Shown here one piece after another: positions 11,069 through 23,961 of a DNA stretch of 64,000 bases. Every line of letters begins with the position of its first letter. Position 1 is the first letter of the stretch. The stretch lies in contig OZ024764.1 in NCBI GenBank assembly GCA_964016885.1, forward strand, positions 22,878,001-22,942,000. The letters are read 5' to 3'. Source of the stretch: Eledone cirrhosa (taxonomy: Eukaryota). A model generated the notes under the pieces. The model had not been told where the DNA came from, did no database searches, and saw nothing but the letters and a program-made list of their open reading frames with translations. The translations under genes and the position numbers were made by a program.

Positions 11069-13975
11069 TCTCTCTCAACTCATCTATGCTTGGTCGTTGA
11101 TGCACATTGACATTGCACATCCAACGGAGCATACTTGCTTCATTTCTCTCCAGCCATCGCATATCCTCCACAGTTGCTGTCCATGTCTCACTACCGTGCA
11201 GCATCACACATCTCACGCAGGCATCACCAGCCATTCGTTCTTTGGGAGAAACCCTTCTTTGTCAACAGAGCAAGCAGCTCCCTAAACGTCTTCCAACCCG
11301 TCCTTATTCTAGATACTATGGCCTCTGAGCACGCTCCTCCCATGCTAATTTGATCACCTAGATACCGGAAGCTATCAACCACTTCTATAGAACCTATCTG
11401 CATTTGAAAAATGTGTCTATCAATGCGACTTCTACTGTCAAATGTCCCTGTACATCTACTGCATATGTAGTTTTCCCTACCTGTTAGTTTGCCTGCTATC
11501 CCACTACATTTCTTGTGTACCCAAAATCTGCATTGTGTACATTATAGAATTTATGCCAGTTCCTTTTCTACATATCGAACAAGGCCATTTCCCTGATGGA
11601 ATGACAGTTTTGTCCTCTTTTCTACTTATCAACACTTTTGTCTTAGTTAGGTTCACTCTCAGTCCTCTTGCTTCCAACTGCTGTTGCAATAGCCAGAATT
11701 TATTCTCTAGCTCCTCTACTGATTCTGCTATAAGAACCACATCGTCAGCCTAGAGAAGTACCCATGGCCACCTAGTCTTAAACTCCTCTGTTATGGCTTG
11801 GAGGCCTATAATGAACAAGAGCGGACTGAGGACCGAACGTTGATGTACTCCTACTTGTACATAGCTTGTACTGTCCTCACAAGCCATTCCTCAACACCTA
11901 GTTTCCTTAGGGACCACCAGATGACAGATCGGGGTACCCTATCAAAGGTCTTCTCTAGGTCAATAAAGGCTAAGTAGAGTGGCTTATTTTTCTCTAAGAA
12001 CCTCTCTTGCAATTGTCTCACCAAGAAGAGGGCATCGGTTGTACTAGAGAAGTACCCATGGGCAGCCAGTCTTAAACTCCTCTGTTATGGCTTGGAGGCC
12101 TATAATGAACAAGGGCGGGCTGAGGACCGACCCTGATGTACTCCTACTTGTATCTGGAATTCCTTATTAAACTCCATGCCTACCCTCACTTTACTGACAG
12201 CACCTCTGTACATAGCTTGCACTGTCCTCGCAAGCCATTCCTCAACACCTAGTTTCCTTAGAGACCACCAGATGACAGATTGGGGTACTCTATCAAAGGC
12301 CTTCTCTAGGTGAACAAAAGCTAAGTATAGTGGTTTATTCTTCTCTAAGAACCTCTCTTGTAGTTGTCTCACTAAGAAGAGGGCATCTGTTTGACCCTTT
12401 CTCTAAGTTGCGCTAGTATTCTTTCTGTCACTTTCATAACCTGATCCATCAGTTTTATGCCCCTATAATTACTCCTCTCCAGAACATCCCCTTTACCTTT
12501 ACCTCAATTTATGAGAATACTGCTGCACCAGTCTTTGGGTATGACACCACCATATATAGCTTGATTAATGATGCATGCAACCAGTTTACTTCCTACATCC
12601 CCTGATGCCTTCAGCATCTCAGCAACTATCCCCAACAGTCCAGCAGACCTCCATTTTTCCTTTCCTTAATTACTCTTGGACCCTATAGTCGTCAATCTCA
12701 ATAGCTGGTCCTTCTGTCGGGTCTACTGAAGGTAGACCCGACATTTCCAGGCCTCCCTTTTCTGATCATTCGTGACACTAAGTACACCGGCATCATCCCG
12801 GACACATTTATCTCCAACAACATCCTGATTTGCACTGACACACTGCCTTGCAATGTGGAACACTGCACGCCTCTGATCTTCCCGTCGCAGAACATTGGCA
12901 AACCTCCTACTCTCAGCCTCCCTGCGTGCTAAGTAGACCTGACATCTAGCTTCTCTCTTAGTGGCTGTGTATCGGTCTCTACCCCTACAATTTTTCCAAA
13001 CATTCCATGCTAGTCTTTTGTCTCTAATGGCTCTATCTACCGTGCTGTTCCACCACCAGGTCACTCTGTGTCTGGTTGGAGCTCTGCTCCAGCCACAAGT
13101 TTTATGAGTAACCTGCAGTAAGTTGTCACGTAAGAAATTCCAGTTATCATCTATGTCATACAACGCTAAAACGTCTTCTTTTTCATCATACACATCTTGA
13201 AGGGTTTGCCTAAATTTATATTTTAGTGAAAGGTCTTTTAGTTTCTAGACCTTCCTTTTTCACACCTTCTTGTATGTCTCTCTTTGTCTCTTGCTTACTG
13301 AGATATCACTAACGACTAACTTATGTTGGGGGGTTACATTGTTCCCTGGGGTATGCCTTAGCATTTGACACCATCTATCTGTCTTACTCCCTAACTAGCA
13401 AGAAGTCAATCTGTCTCATGTGCTCACCTGATTGGTAGGTTATTAGGTGGTTGGTAGGTTTCTTGAATTGTTGCAAATGGTTAGTTCACTTGCATCACAA
13501 AATACAAGAAGCCTCACTCCTTCTTCATTTCTTGAGCCATAATCATGACCACCATGTACCCCAGTGTATCCATCCTGGAGCTGTCCAACATGACCATTGA
13601 AGTCCCCTGCTATTATAACTAGATCTCTGTCCTCTGTCATTGTGGTTATCTCTACTTATTCCTTTTCTACATATGGAGCAGGGCCACTTTCCTCAAGGGG
13701 TCAGGGTCTTCTCTCCTATCCATTAGCACTTTAGTTTTGGCTAAGTATATTCTCAGAACTTACCATTTCAAATTCTATATCTATAGCTGGTCATCTACAT
13801 AGAGAAGTTTCCATAGACAGCCAGTCTTAAACCTCTCTGTTATGGCTTGCAGAACTATGATGAACAACAGTGGGCTAAGAACTAAACCATGATGAACTCC
13901 TACTTGTACCTTCAATTCCTCACTAAACACACTTTACTGACAGCTTCTCACAAGTCATTCTTCTACACCTAATTT
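11069..13975 (-). mobile_element. Decayed RTE LINE (APE+RT) with internal duplication and extra RT fragment
   Basis: [50 protein letters not shown]; ~11750-12045 duplicates part of 12046-12390. Confidence 0.9.
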
Positions 13976-13981
13976 CTTTAA

Positions 13982-14188
13982 CCCTTTAGTATATAAACTG
14001 GCCATATCTAGACAGAATTCTCCCACATCTTTCTGTTCAAACTGGCCGTAACTGGTCACTTATACTTATGTTAAGGTATTGTTCTCAAATTAAGTAACAT
14101 CAAATCTCATAGATTTGATATTATGTGAGATAAAGCATTTACTGTGAAAATATAATAGTAAATATAGAGTAATGTGAATACTAAAGGG
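13982..14188. mobile_element. piggyBac-type MITE, 207 bp
   Basis: TTAA|CCCTTTAGTAT...ATACTAAAGGG|TTAA. Confidence 0.85.
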
Positions 14189-14189
14189 T

Positions 14190-15056
14190 TAATCTGATGT
14201 CACTAATAACTACTTTTATCAGTCAGTTTAATCTAATGTCACTAATAACTACTTTTATCAGTCAGTTTAATCTAATGTCACTAATAACTACTTTTATCTG
14301 TCAGTATAATCTAATGTCACTAATAACTACTTTTATCAGTCAGTATAATCTACTGTCACTAATAACTACTTTTATCTGTCAGTATAATCTAATGTCACTA
14401 ATAACTACTTTTATCAGTCAGTATAATCTACTGTCACTAATAACTACTTTTATCTGTCAGTATAATCTAATGTCACTAATAACTACTTTTATCAGTCAGT
14501 ATAATCTAATGTCACTAATAACTACTTTTATCAGTCAGTATAATCTAATGTCACTAATAACTACTTTTATCAGTCAGTTTAATCTAATGTCACTAATAAC
14601 TACTTTTATCTGTCAGTATAATCTAATGTCACTAATAACTACTTTTATCAGTCAGTATAATCTAATGTCACTAATAACTACTTTTATCAGTCAGTATAAT
14701 CTAATGTCACTAATAACTACTTTTATCAGTCAGTATAATCTACTGTCACTAATAACTACTTTTATCTGTCAGTATAATCTAATGTCACTAATAACTACTT
14801 TTATCAGTCAGTTTAATCTAATGTCACTAATAACTACTTTTATCAGTCAGTATAATCTAATGTCACTAATAACTACTTTTATCAGTCAGTTTAATCTAAT
14901 GTCACTAATAACTACTTTTATCAGTCAGTTTAATCTAATGTCACTAATAACTACTTTTATCTGTCAGTATAATCTAATGTCACTAATAATTACTTTTATC
15001 AGTCAGTTTAATCTAATGTCACTAATAACTACTTTTATCAGTCAGTATAATCTAAT
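14190..15056. repeat. 39-bp minisatellite, left arm, 22 units
   Basis: Unit atctaatgtcactaataactacttttatcagtcagtata with variants; 22 repeats of a 13-codon unit in the ORF track. Confidence 0.97.
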
Positions 15057-18000
15057 AATAATAATAATAATAATGAAATTATTGTGTACAGTGCTCAGGT
15101 GCACTACAACTCATCAAAGGTGCATGTATAGTACATAGAATAATGTACAAATGTCAGGAAAATAAACAGTGTATGAGTCATGATACAATAACAATAATGA
15201 AATATTGTGCACAGTGCCCAGGTGCACCACAACCCATCAAAAAAGTGCATGTACAGTACATAGGGCAATGCACAAACATCAGTAAAATGAACAGTGCACA
15301 AGTCATGATACACACATGTGTGCATGTGTATGGAAGGGGTACATCAGGTGTAGTTTTGGCGTATTTCGGGAAGCATGAGTGTCTTAAAGGATGCAGTGTC
15401 TCGGCAGCTAACAATTGACGCAGGTAGTTTGTTCCATGCTTCAGCAACTCTGAGCGTGAAAAAGTGTCTGCGAAAGTCATGGGAGCTGTGCTGTTTTCTT
15501 ATCTTGTAGGCATGTCCACGTGTGTTAGACACATGGAGATCAAAGAGGCGCTCAGGGTTGCAGTTGGCGAGATGGTTAAAAACTTTGTGGGTATTCACCA
15601 AGTCCATTGCCAGACGTCGGAGCTTCAATGAATCCATGCCCAGGGAAGCAAGGCGTTCAGAGTATGGTAGGTGTCTGATGGAGGGTATGCGCTTGGTTGC
15701 ACGTCTCTGAACAGTTTCCAGGAGGTCAATGTTCCGAGCAAGATAGGGGTTCCAGACTGATGATGCGAATTCCAAGTGTGGTCGCACCATAGCTGTATAC
15801 AGTTTTAAATAGATGGCTGGAGAGCGGCTAACAAAGGTCTTGCTGAGCGATGCCAAGACACCCTCGGCCTTCTTGACAATCTTAGAGACATGCTTTGTCC
15901 AACGCAAATCCTTGCTGACAGTAATGCCCAGGTCACGTTCACAAGAGGACTTTTTGATGTCAGTGTTGTGGAGGGAGTATGTGGACGCTGGATTTTTCCT
16001 TCCAAAATGCATGGTGGTACACTTGTCCACAGCCAGCTTCAGTTGCCAGTCTGTGATCCATTGCTGCATTGTGTCCAGGTCTGATTGTAGGAAAGAGTTG
16101 TAAATTTCAGGATCAGTCCTTTTGATTTCAAGGTACAGCTTGATGTCATCTGCATATTTTAGTACCGTGGCATTCTGTAAGTTGGCATCTATGTCATTAA
16201 TATATGCCACAAACAAAAGAGGACCAAGAACAGATCCCTGTGGTACACCAGATGACATCTCATATGGTGAAGAATGCTGACCTAGAACCGTGACTACTTC
16301 TTTTCGGCTGAGAATGAAGGATTTCAACCAGTCGAAAAGATCATCCCTCACACCCATTGCAGAGAGTTTTGCCATAAGTCTTTTGTGTGGCACAGAATTA
16401 AAAGCCTTAACAAAGTCAAGGTAAACAACATACACCCATGAGCTGCTGTCAGTGATCCGGGTGATGTCCTCAAGGAACTCAATAAGCTGATCACAGCAGC
16501 TGGAGTTAGGGATAAATCCAAACTGAGGGCCGGATGAGGCTGTGAGAGCTCCAGAAGTTCCAAAGTGTTTCTCTGACACAGGATTCCATCAGTTTGGCCA
16601 TACAGCTAGTAAGACTGACTGGACGATAGTTGACAGGTGACATGCGGTTGCCCTTTTTGAACAGGGGAATGACACTGGCAGTTTTCCACTGCTCCGGAGT
16701 AGCACCATTGCTGAGACAGTATTGAAAGAAAAAAGAAAGCTGGCGCAAAAGGAAATCCCCGCCACGTTTGAGAAGCAGGTATGTCACACCATCAAGACCA
16801 GGGGAGGCATAGTTGCGCTTATTCTTAAGGTGACGTCGCAACATTGCAGGTGTAAATTCCATAGTTGTTATGGAATTTGATGTTAGAGATGGTGGAGATG
16901 GTACATTCTGGTTTTCAACAGTAAAAATACTTGCATAGCACTCAGCAATGAGTTCTGCGCATTCCTTGGGATCATCAGTGATCTGGCTTGTGTGGGGATT
17001 GCGAAGAGGACCAACTGGAGAGTGAGGTCTCTGCTTTGAATGAACATATTTCCAGAACACCTTACTGTCAGGATTGGTTGCGATGCACTGTTCAAATTCA
17101 AGCACTGCCTTCTTTGTCACTTGCTTGAGATGGTTAGAAGATTTATTCCGCTTTTGTCTGTTGGCATCTGATCTATGCAGTTTATATTCCCGTTCAGCGT
17201 TCCGACGTTCTTTCCTGGCAAGTCGGACCGCTGAAGTTTCCCAGATCGCACTTTTGGGGTGGTTATTTTTCCGCTTCGATGGCACTGATGCTGCACACGC
17301 TATCCATATTGAGTCCAGGATGCTCTGGAGTATAGAGTTCACATCTCCAGAGTTATACATCTCATGCCAGTTTGGGCGCTGTAGCTCAGTGCAGTACAAG
17401 TTCCAATCCGCCCTCTTCCAATCAAAGCAAGCAGATTGGAGATGGCCCTGGTTTTTGTTGCTGCCCTCAAGTGCCAGATTGGCAATGATCATAGCATGAT
17501 CAGAGTCGCCTAGAGGTTCTTCAGTAGTACAACTGATAACCACTTCAGGAGTAGTGGTGAAGATCAGGTCCAAAGTGTTGTCACCTCTTGTTGGAGAGGT
17601 GACTACTTGTGACTAGTTTGAGTCCAGCACTAGTTCAAGGAAATCGTTTGCACCCTGTGGCCAACGAAAGGTTTCCCAATCGATCTCAGGATGATTGAAG
17701 TCACCTGCAATAAACACATAAGTGGCTGTTTTCTTGGCAGCAACTCTGAGGATATCGCAAAGCTGTGTGTCCTGATGGTAGTTTGGGGGGCGATAAACAA
17801 CACCAAGCAGAAGTGTTGACATGGTCATACGTATGTCACAGAAAAAAACTTCTTCCTGTGATTCGTTCAAATCAACGCAAGGAATTACCGAAAAGTTTGA
17901 ACGAACGTAGACCATCACACCACCACCACGGCGGTTAATGCGGTCCTTGCGGAAAAGGTTGTACCCAGTAATGGTGAAAACCCCATCACAGAGTAAGGAA

Positions 18001-18446
18001 TGTGCCCATGTTTCCGTGACTGTGATGAAGTCAGGGTCGATGCTTCTGACGTAGGATTCGAACAGATGTATCTTGTTGCATAAACTGCGAGCATTTAATG
18101 ACAACAATTTGTACCCTGCTCGCAGTTTATGATGGTGTGTAGAGGGTGGCAGGTTGTTCTGGTTTAGTTTCCCAGAGTTGTAGCAGTTTTTACATTGCCA
18201 GTTATTGTGGGTAGAGCACACTCAGACCTGCTGGTATCTCTCTTCCACGTTTCACCAGCCTTGACAAACCTCCAGATCTGCCCATCATCACGCAGACTGA
18301 AACTTTCATCTTGTGCTGAGTTCCGATTCAAGGAAGCTGCAGCACGTAGTTTTGGACGTACATGGGGTGGTAGGCCTGGGCGTGTTCGGAAGGTAATCCG
18401 ATTTTCACGCCCAGCTTTGGCAGAGGCCAGATGATATGAGGTTGCC
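15057..18446 (-). mobile_element. CR1-group LINE, 5'-truncated in ORF1, near-intact ORF2, inserted in the 39-bp array
   Basis: APE (SLNARSL, VTETW, GVVYRPP, AGDFNHP), RT (YRPVSLTS, GVPQGSVLGPLLF, YADD), C-terminal TRGHAYK..FFTLRVAEAWNKLP; (ATT)n tail; probable TSD TCTAAT at 15051-15056 and 18447-18452. Confidence 0.95.
15344..18221 (-). pseudogene. CR1 ORF2 (endonuclease/reverse transcriptase) with one in-frame stop and one frameshift
   Basis: ORFs 17613-18221 and 16506-17573 share a frame across a TAG at 17613-17615; frameshift near 16530 into ORF 15344-16579. Confidence 0.9.
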
Positions 18447-18740
18447 TCTAATGTCACTAATAACTACTTTTATCAGTCAGTATAATCTAATGTCACTAAT
18501 AACTACTTTTATCAGTCAGTATAATATAATGTCACTAATAACTACTTTTATCAGTCAGTTTAATCTAATGTCACTAATAACTACTTTTATCAGTCAGTTT
18601 AATCTAATGTCACTAATAACTACTTTTATCAGTCAGTATAATCTAATCTCACTAATAACTACTTTTATCAGTCAGTATAATCTACTACCACTAATAACTA
18701 CTTTTATCAGTCAGTATAATCTACTACCACTAATAACTAA
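18447..18740. repeat. 39-bp minisatellite, right arm, about 7.5 units
   Basis: Same unit resumes directly after the LINE. Confidence 0.95.
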
Positions 18741-18859
18741 CCTATGTTAGTCAGCACATTCTTCACCAAAGAAGGCCTTAGTATTTATTACAGTCCATTT
18801 ATCAATATAGAAATATTATATGAAATTTGTACTGATGTATTACAAGTTTCTGAGTATCT

Positions 18860-18883
18860 TATAATGTTCTTTTATTATTTCAG
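18860..18883 (+). promoter_or_regulatory. Putative splice acceptor of the G1 coding exon
   Basis: tataatgttcttttattatttcag|; identical at 49174-49197. Confidence 0.6.
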
Positions 18884-19094
18884 AATACCAGAGGACATTG
18901 ACATTAAAGAGCACGTTACATCAGACATATCCTCAACATTAACCATTTCTAATGAAAGACACTACCCATCATTTTCAAATAATTTTGAAAACACTCAACA
19001 CTTTGAAGTGATTTAGTAATATAACTAAATTTCTCAGTATTAAGCTGTGAATTATGTGAGAAACTGAGGTGATTGATATCTTTTAGTAGGAGAT

Positions 19095-20126
19095 ATGTCG
19101 AAAAATATAGTAAAATCACCATTCCACTGTGATATCTGTGGTAAATCATTCTCTCGTAGTAATCACCTAACTACTCACAGACGTATTCATACAGGAGAAG
19201 AGCCATTCCACTGTGATATCTGTGGTAAATCATTCTCTCAGAGTAATCACCTAACTACTCACAAACGTATTCATACAGGAGAGAAACCATATCACTGTGA
19301 TATCTGTGGTAAAACGTTCTCTAAAAATAATAACCTAACTACTCACAAACGTATTCATACAGGAGAGAAACCATATCATTGTGATATCTGTGGTAAATCA
19401 TTCCCTTGTAGTCAGCACCTAACTACTCACAAACGTATTCATACAGGAGAGAAGCCATATCAATGTGATATCTGTGATAAATCATTCAGTGACAGTAGTA
19501 GCTTCAGTGTTCACAAACAAATTCATACAGGAGAGAAGCCACATCACTGTGACATCTGTGGTAAATCATTCAGTCACAGAAATGCCTTAACTACCCACAA
19601 ACGTATTCATACAGGAGAGAAACCATATCATTGTGATATCTGTGGTAAATCATTCCCTTGTAGTCAGCACCTAACTACTCACAAACGTATTCATACAGGA
19701 GAGAAGCCATATCAATGTGATATCTGTGGTAAATCATTCAGTTACAGGAGTAGCATCAGAGTTCACAAACAAATTCATACAGGAGAGAAGCCATATCACT
19801 GTGACATCTGTGGTAAATCATTCAGTCGCAGTAGTACCTTAACTAACCACAAACGTATTTATACAGGAGAGAAACCATATCACTGTGATATCTGTGGTAA
19901 ATCATTCGGTAACAGAAGTAGCTTAGCTAACCACAAACGTACTCATACAGGAGAGAAGACACATCGCTGTGACATCTGTGGTAAATCATTCCCTCATAGT
20001 TATACCTTAACTACCCACAAACGTACTCATACAGGAGAGAAGCCATATCACTGTGACATCTGTGGTAAATCATTCTCTCAAAGTGGTAACTTAACCAAGC
20101 ATGTGCGTATTCATACAGAAGTTTAG
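19095..20126 (+). CDS. C2H2 zinc-finger protein G1, 343 aa, 12 tandem fingers, no effector domain
   Basis: Open frame of CxxC-x12-HxxxH repeats with TGEKP linkers; finger 9 has His to Tyr; fingers 4 and 7 are identical. Confidence 0.93.
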   Translation: MSKNIVKSPFHCDICGKSFSRSNHLTTHRRIHTGEEPFHCDICGKSFSQSNHLTTHKRIHTGEKPYHCDICGKTFSKNNNLTTHKRIHTGEKPYHCDICGKSFPCSQHLTTHKRIHTGEKPYQCDICDKSFSDSSSFSVHKQIHTGEKPHHCDICGKSFSHRNALTTHKRIHTGEKPYHCDICGKSFPCSQHLTTHKRIHTGEKPYQCDICGKSFSYRSSIRVHKQIHTGEKPYHCDICGKSFSRSSTLTNHKRIYTGEKPYHCDICGKSFGNRSSLANHKRTHTGEKTHRCDICGKSFPHSYTLTTHKRTHTGEKPYHCDICGKSFSQSGNLTKHVRIHTEV

Positions 20127-20395
20127 CTGTATCAATATCAAACTCATTACATCATACTACAACAACAACAACAATTGTGTAGATCCATCATCCTTGCTAA
20201 AACTGGGGTTAACCTTGTAGGTTTTACCTATGACAGGGATCATAAACACCAGGTTTCCATTTTTGAAGCAGTGTTTGAAGATTTTGTGTAAATTGAAGTT
20301 TTTCACATTAAACTTTGATTTATTATACTTTAACAGGTAAGATATATATTTGTATTTTCAGTAAAGGTTTGGGCATTATGTAATTTAAACCTGCC

Positions 20396-20401
20396 AATAA
20401 A
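20396..20401 (+). terminator. Candidate polyadenylation signal of G1
   Basis: AATAAA ~270 nt after the stop, GT-rich tract downstream; conserved at 51693-51698. Confidence 0.5.
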
Positions 20402-20606
20402 ATGAAAACTTTTGTTGTTGCTAGTCTGACATTGATATTAATTCTATTGTCCTGTACGTTGTCTCACATATCACAGATTAAACAGATTTTAACGATAACA
20501 ACAGAAATCAATAACTTGTAAGCCTAATATCTAGCTTCCATTTTACCTATTTGATATTGTTGTTCCCCTCCTGTCTCTTCAGGTGTTTTAGATTTCAACT
20601 TCTATC

Positions 20607-21032
20607 ATCATCATCATCATCATCACCGTTTTACGTCCGTTCTTCCACGCTAGCATTGGTTAGACGGATTGTCGTGTTGTGGGCAGTGTCTGGTTGGCTG
20701 ACCATGCCTTGCTCATACAGGAACTGATTTGGCTTGATTTCTAAAGCTGGAAGTCCTTCTTAACACCAACCTCATTTACAGTGAGTGCTGGGTGCTTTTT
20801 TGTGGCGCCTACACGTTCACTTTACAGTGTGGGCTGGGTGCTTTTTTGCCGTGGCACCTCCACGACGACCTTGCGCGGGGTGTGTGTGTGTGTGTGTGGG
20901 GGGGGGGGGGGCATATTGTCTATATGCTTTAGCTCGTACCCATGGGAGGTCGGGTACTCTGTATTACTGCGTGACGCCAGAGGTCACGGACGTGTGTCAT
21001 TGCCTTTAAGAGGTGTAATTGGGTATGGTCGG
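20607..21032 (-). mobile_element. 5'-truncated RTE LINE 3' end, specific to the G1 flank
   Basis: (GAT)n tail; TSD CTTCTATC at 20599-20606 and 21033-21040; empty site at ~51897-51904; matches 28197-28602. Confidence 0.9.
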
Positions 21033-21209
21033 CTTCTATCTACTGTACTATTCCATCACCAAGGCAACATTCATCTGGCTGACAGCTTACATCAACTACA
21101 GATCTCATCAGTGGTTCAGAACAGGCTGCCTGAAAGAAACTTCCAGATATCTTCTATGTCATAGCTATCAATCTCCTCCTCCTTATCATATGTATCATGT
21201 AGAACATCT

Positions 21210-21625
21210 CTGAATTTATATTTAACAGGGAGATCTTTTACTGTCCTTACCCCTTTTGCTAGATTGTCTTGTACCTCTCTCACAGTCCCTCTAGATCTTA
21301 TATTTAACAGGGAGATCTTTTACTGTCCCTACCCTTTCCTCTAGATTGTCTTATTACACTCTCACAGTCCCTATATATCATATTTAACAGGGAGATTCTT
21401 TACTGTCTCTACCCTTTTCTCTAGGTTGTCTTGTACCTCTCTCACAGTCCCTCTAGATCTTATATTTAACGGAGATATTTTACTATCCCTACCCTTTTCT
21501 CTAGGTTGTCTTGTACCTCTCTCACAGTCCCTCTAGATCTTATATTTAACAGGGAGATCTTTTACTCTCCACCCCTTCTATCTCCAGATAGTCTTGTATC
21601 TGTCAGTCCCTCTAGATCTTACACC
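21210..21625. repeat. ~80-bp minisatellite
   Basis: Same unit as 1-390, about 5 copies. Confidence 0.9.
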
Positions 21626-21911
21626 TAGTATCTAGTCTATGTTGAGTGGTATGTCCTTCGCCAGTAAAGGAGTTAATATTCCCAACCATCTGTCTATCCT
21701 GTTTTCTGATGAGAATGAAGTCGATCTAGTTTATCTCTTCACCTGATTGAAGTAACTAGATCAAGTAACTAGATGTTTTCCTGTAAGTTAGTGTTGCAGT
21801 GTTTGTGTCACCATGTAAGGTTTATATCTATTAATATAGAGATGTAGTAAAGTTTTCACTGTTGTATCTCTATTTTCTAAATATCTTAATAATGTTTCTC
21901 TACTATTTCAG

Positions 21912-22266
21912 AATATCACATGACCTTGACAGAAAAGAGTCTTTTAAAGACAACAGAAAGATGTTACATACAAGTGATATAAACTTGTTTAGTCTGTGGT
22001 GAATTATTTCTTCTGAATTGAGATAAATAACAACATTTTCCTTTTTCACTGTCTGGAATATTTACAAGATGATTTTACATTCTGATTAAACTTTGGATAT
22101 TTACAAAGGAGTTTTCAAAATATTTGGATATTGACAAAGATCACGTTTGATAAAATTATGAACAATAGAAATATTTACATCAACATAGGAATATTTTCCA
22201 GAAGAGATGGGAAAATCATATACCACTAATATTTGTGGTAAAGTATTCTCTCTTCTTTATATGTAG
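21912..22266 (+). pseudogene. Orphan zinc-finger exon stub (copy 2, half finger frameshifted)
   Basis: Paralog of 674-1041; ATG at 22207. Confidence 0.65.
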
Positions 22267-22394
22267 AATATCTAACTAAACACTTTAACTAACAAACTAT
22301 TGTGCTATAGAATTGACAAACTTGAACAATGCTTAATAAATGTTACAGATTTCTCCAAACTGTCGTTTACTAACTTTAATTTGAAGCTATATTA

Positions 22395-22787
22395 TCTATA
22401 TACTACTAAAACTCTGTGATCGTGTCTTGTCTGTAATTTAATACAGCTAAAACAGTGCATAATGGGGAAATACTTTGAAAAGAATAAAACAAGTTTTGTA
22501 TAAAATGGAGCACAGGTTCCCAAGATACGGGGTTTTCTGGGTACCTTCATAAATATAGGGAGAGAAAGAGATAGTGGTTGTGAGAGTGAGGAGACAGATG
22601 GAAGAGGGAGAGAGAGAGCTGCTGGTGTTGTTTAATAAAATGTGTGCATATATATATATATACATATGTGTCTATATATATATATATGTCTGTATATTTT
22701 AACTATTTGAACATTATTTTTAAGTGAACATGATTTTAAAATAATAGTTTTAAGGGAACGTGACCCAACAGGTCGCGGGTGGTCTAG
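22395..22787 (+). mobile_element. Non-autonomous Helitron-like element (duplicated with cassette)
   Basis: A|TCTATATACTACTAAAACTC...GGTCTAG|T. Confidence 0.7.
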
Positions 22788-23194
22788 TTTGTTACTAAAT
22801 ACTAGATATTAGAGGGTCATGTTGTTCTAGATGTGCTGGAAGAGCCATTCCATCTCGTGAGGCTCACACCAGCAGCTAGCCACCTCAGCACCTATGGTGG
22901 TATATTTATTATATTATTTATTCTTTATCATTAACATTAATATAAAAGATAATTATATATTTTTAGAGAAGAACCTCTAACTTCATATAGCTTAGGGCTT
23001 CAGTAGGTAAAAGTCTGCCCCTGCTTGTCTTGTATTTTTTAGGGGAGAAGTTAGGGAATACTGTTATTGTGTGAAAGTTTTCTAAATCTTCTTCAGCCAC
23101 TAACATGGAGAAGATATTTCAGTAAGAAGGTTCACATCCTGACATCTATAGCTGTTAACAATGAGATTGGAATTCATTATTAAACAAATGTTAT

Positions 23195-23930
23195 ATCATC
23201 ATCACTGTTTTACATCAGTTTTTCCACGCTGGCATGGGTTAGACGAGTTATCCTGTTGTAAGCAAGGCCAGGTCAGGTGATCACGTGTTGCTTCTACAGA
23301 ACAAATTTTGGATTGGTTTCTACAGCTGGATGCACCAACCTCATTTACATTAAGTACTGGATGCATTTTACCATCTCACCATCACGACCACTTTACAGTG
23401 TGGGCTGGGTGCTTTTTGTTGTGACAGCTACATGATCACTTTAAAGTGTGCGTTGGGTACTTTTTGTTGTGACACCAACATGACCATTTTAAAGTTTTTG
23501 CTGGGTACTTTTTGTTGTCACCTACATGACCACTTTACAGTTTGGGCTGGGTGCTTTTTGCCGTGACACCTACGCAACCGCTTTACAGTGTGGGCTGGTT
23601 TCTTTTTGTCATATCACCTACATGACCAGCTTATAGTGTTGGCTGTGTGTTCTTTACAGTGTGGGCTGGTTTCTTTTTGTCATATCACCTACATGACCAC
23701 CTTATAGTGTTGGCTGTGTGTTCTTTGCAGTGTGGGCTGGTTTCTTTTTGTCATATCACCTACATGACCACCTTATAATGTTGACTGTGTGTTCTTTACA
23801 GTGTGGGCTGGTTTCTTTTTGTCATATCACCTACATGACCACCTTCTAATGTTGACTGTGTGTTCTTTACAGTGTGGGTTGGGTGCTTTTTGTCATATCT
23901 CCTACCCAACCACTTTGCAGTGTGGGCAGT
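23195..23930 (-). repeat. RTE/SINE tail with 48/71-bp minisatellite
   Basis: Paralog of 1935-2660. Confidence 0.8.
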
Positions 23931-23961
23931 GAAATATCAGTAATGCACCAGCTCCAATATT

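Noticed and set aside
14197-15138. 313-aa repeat protein (MSLITTFISQYNL)n; also 18436, 48726 and 62028
   Set aside because: Frame stays open only because the 39-bp unit lacks a stop; it runs into the antisense LINE tail and copy number is unstable
14190-18740. CRISPR-like array next to a reverse transcriptase
   Set aside because: Units are contiguous with no unique spacers, no cas genes, eukaryotic context; the RT is a CR1 LINE inserted into the array
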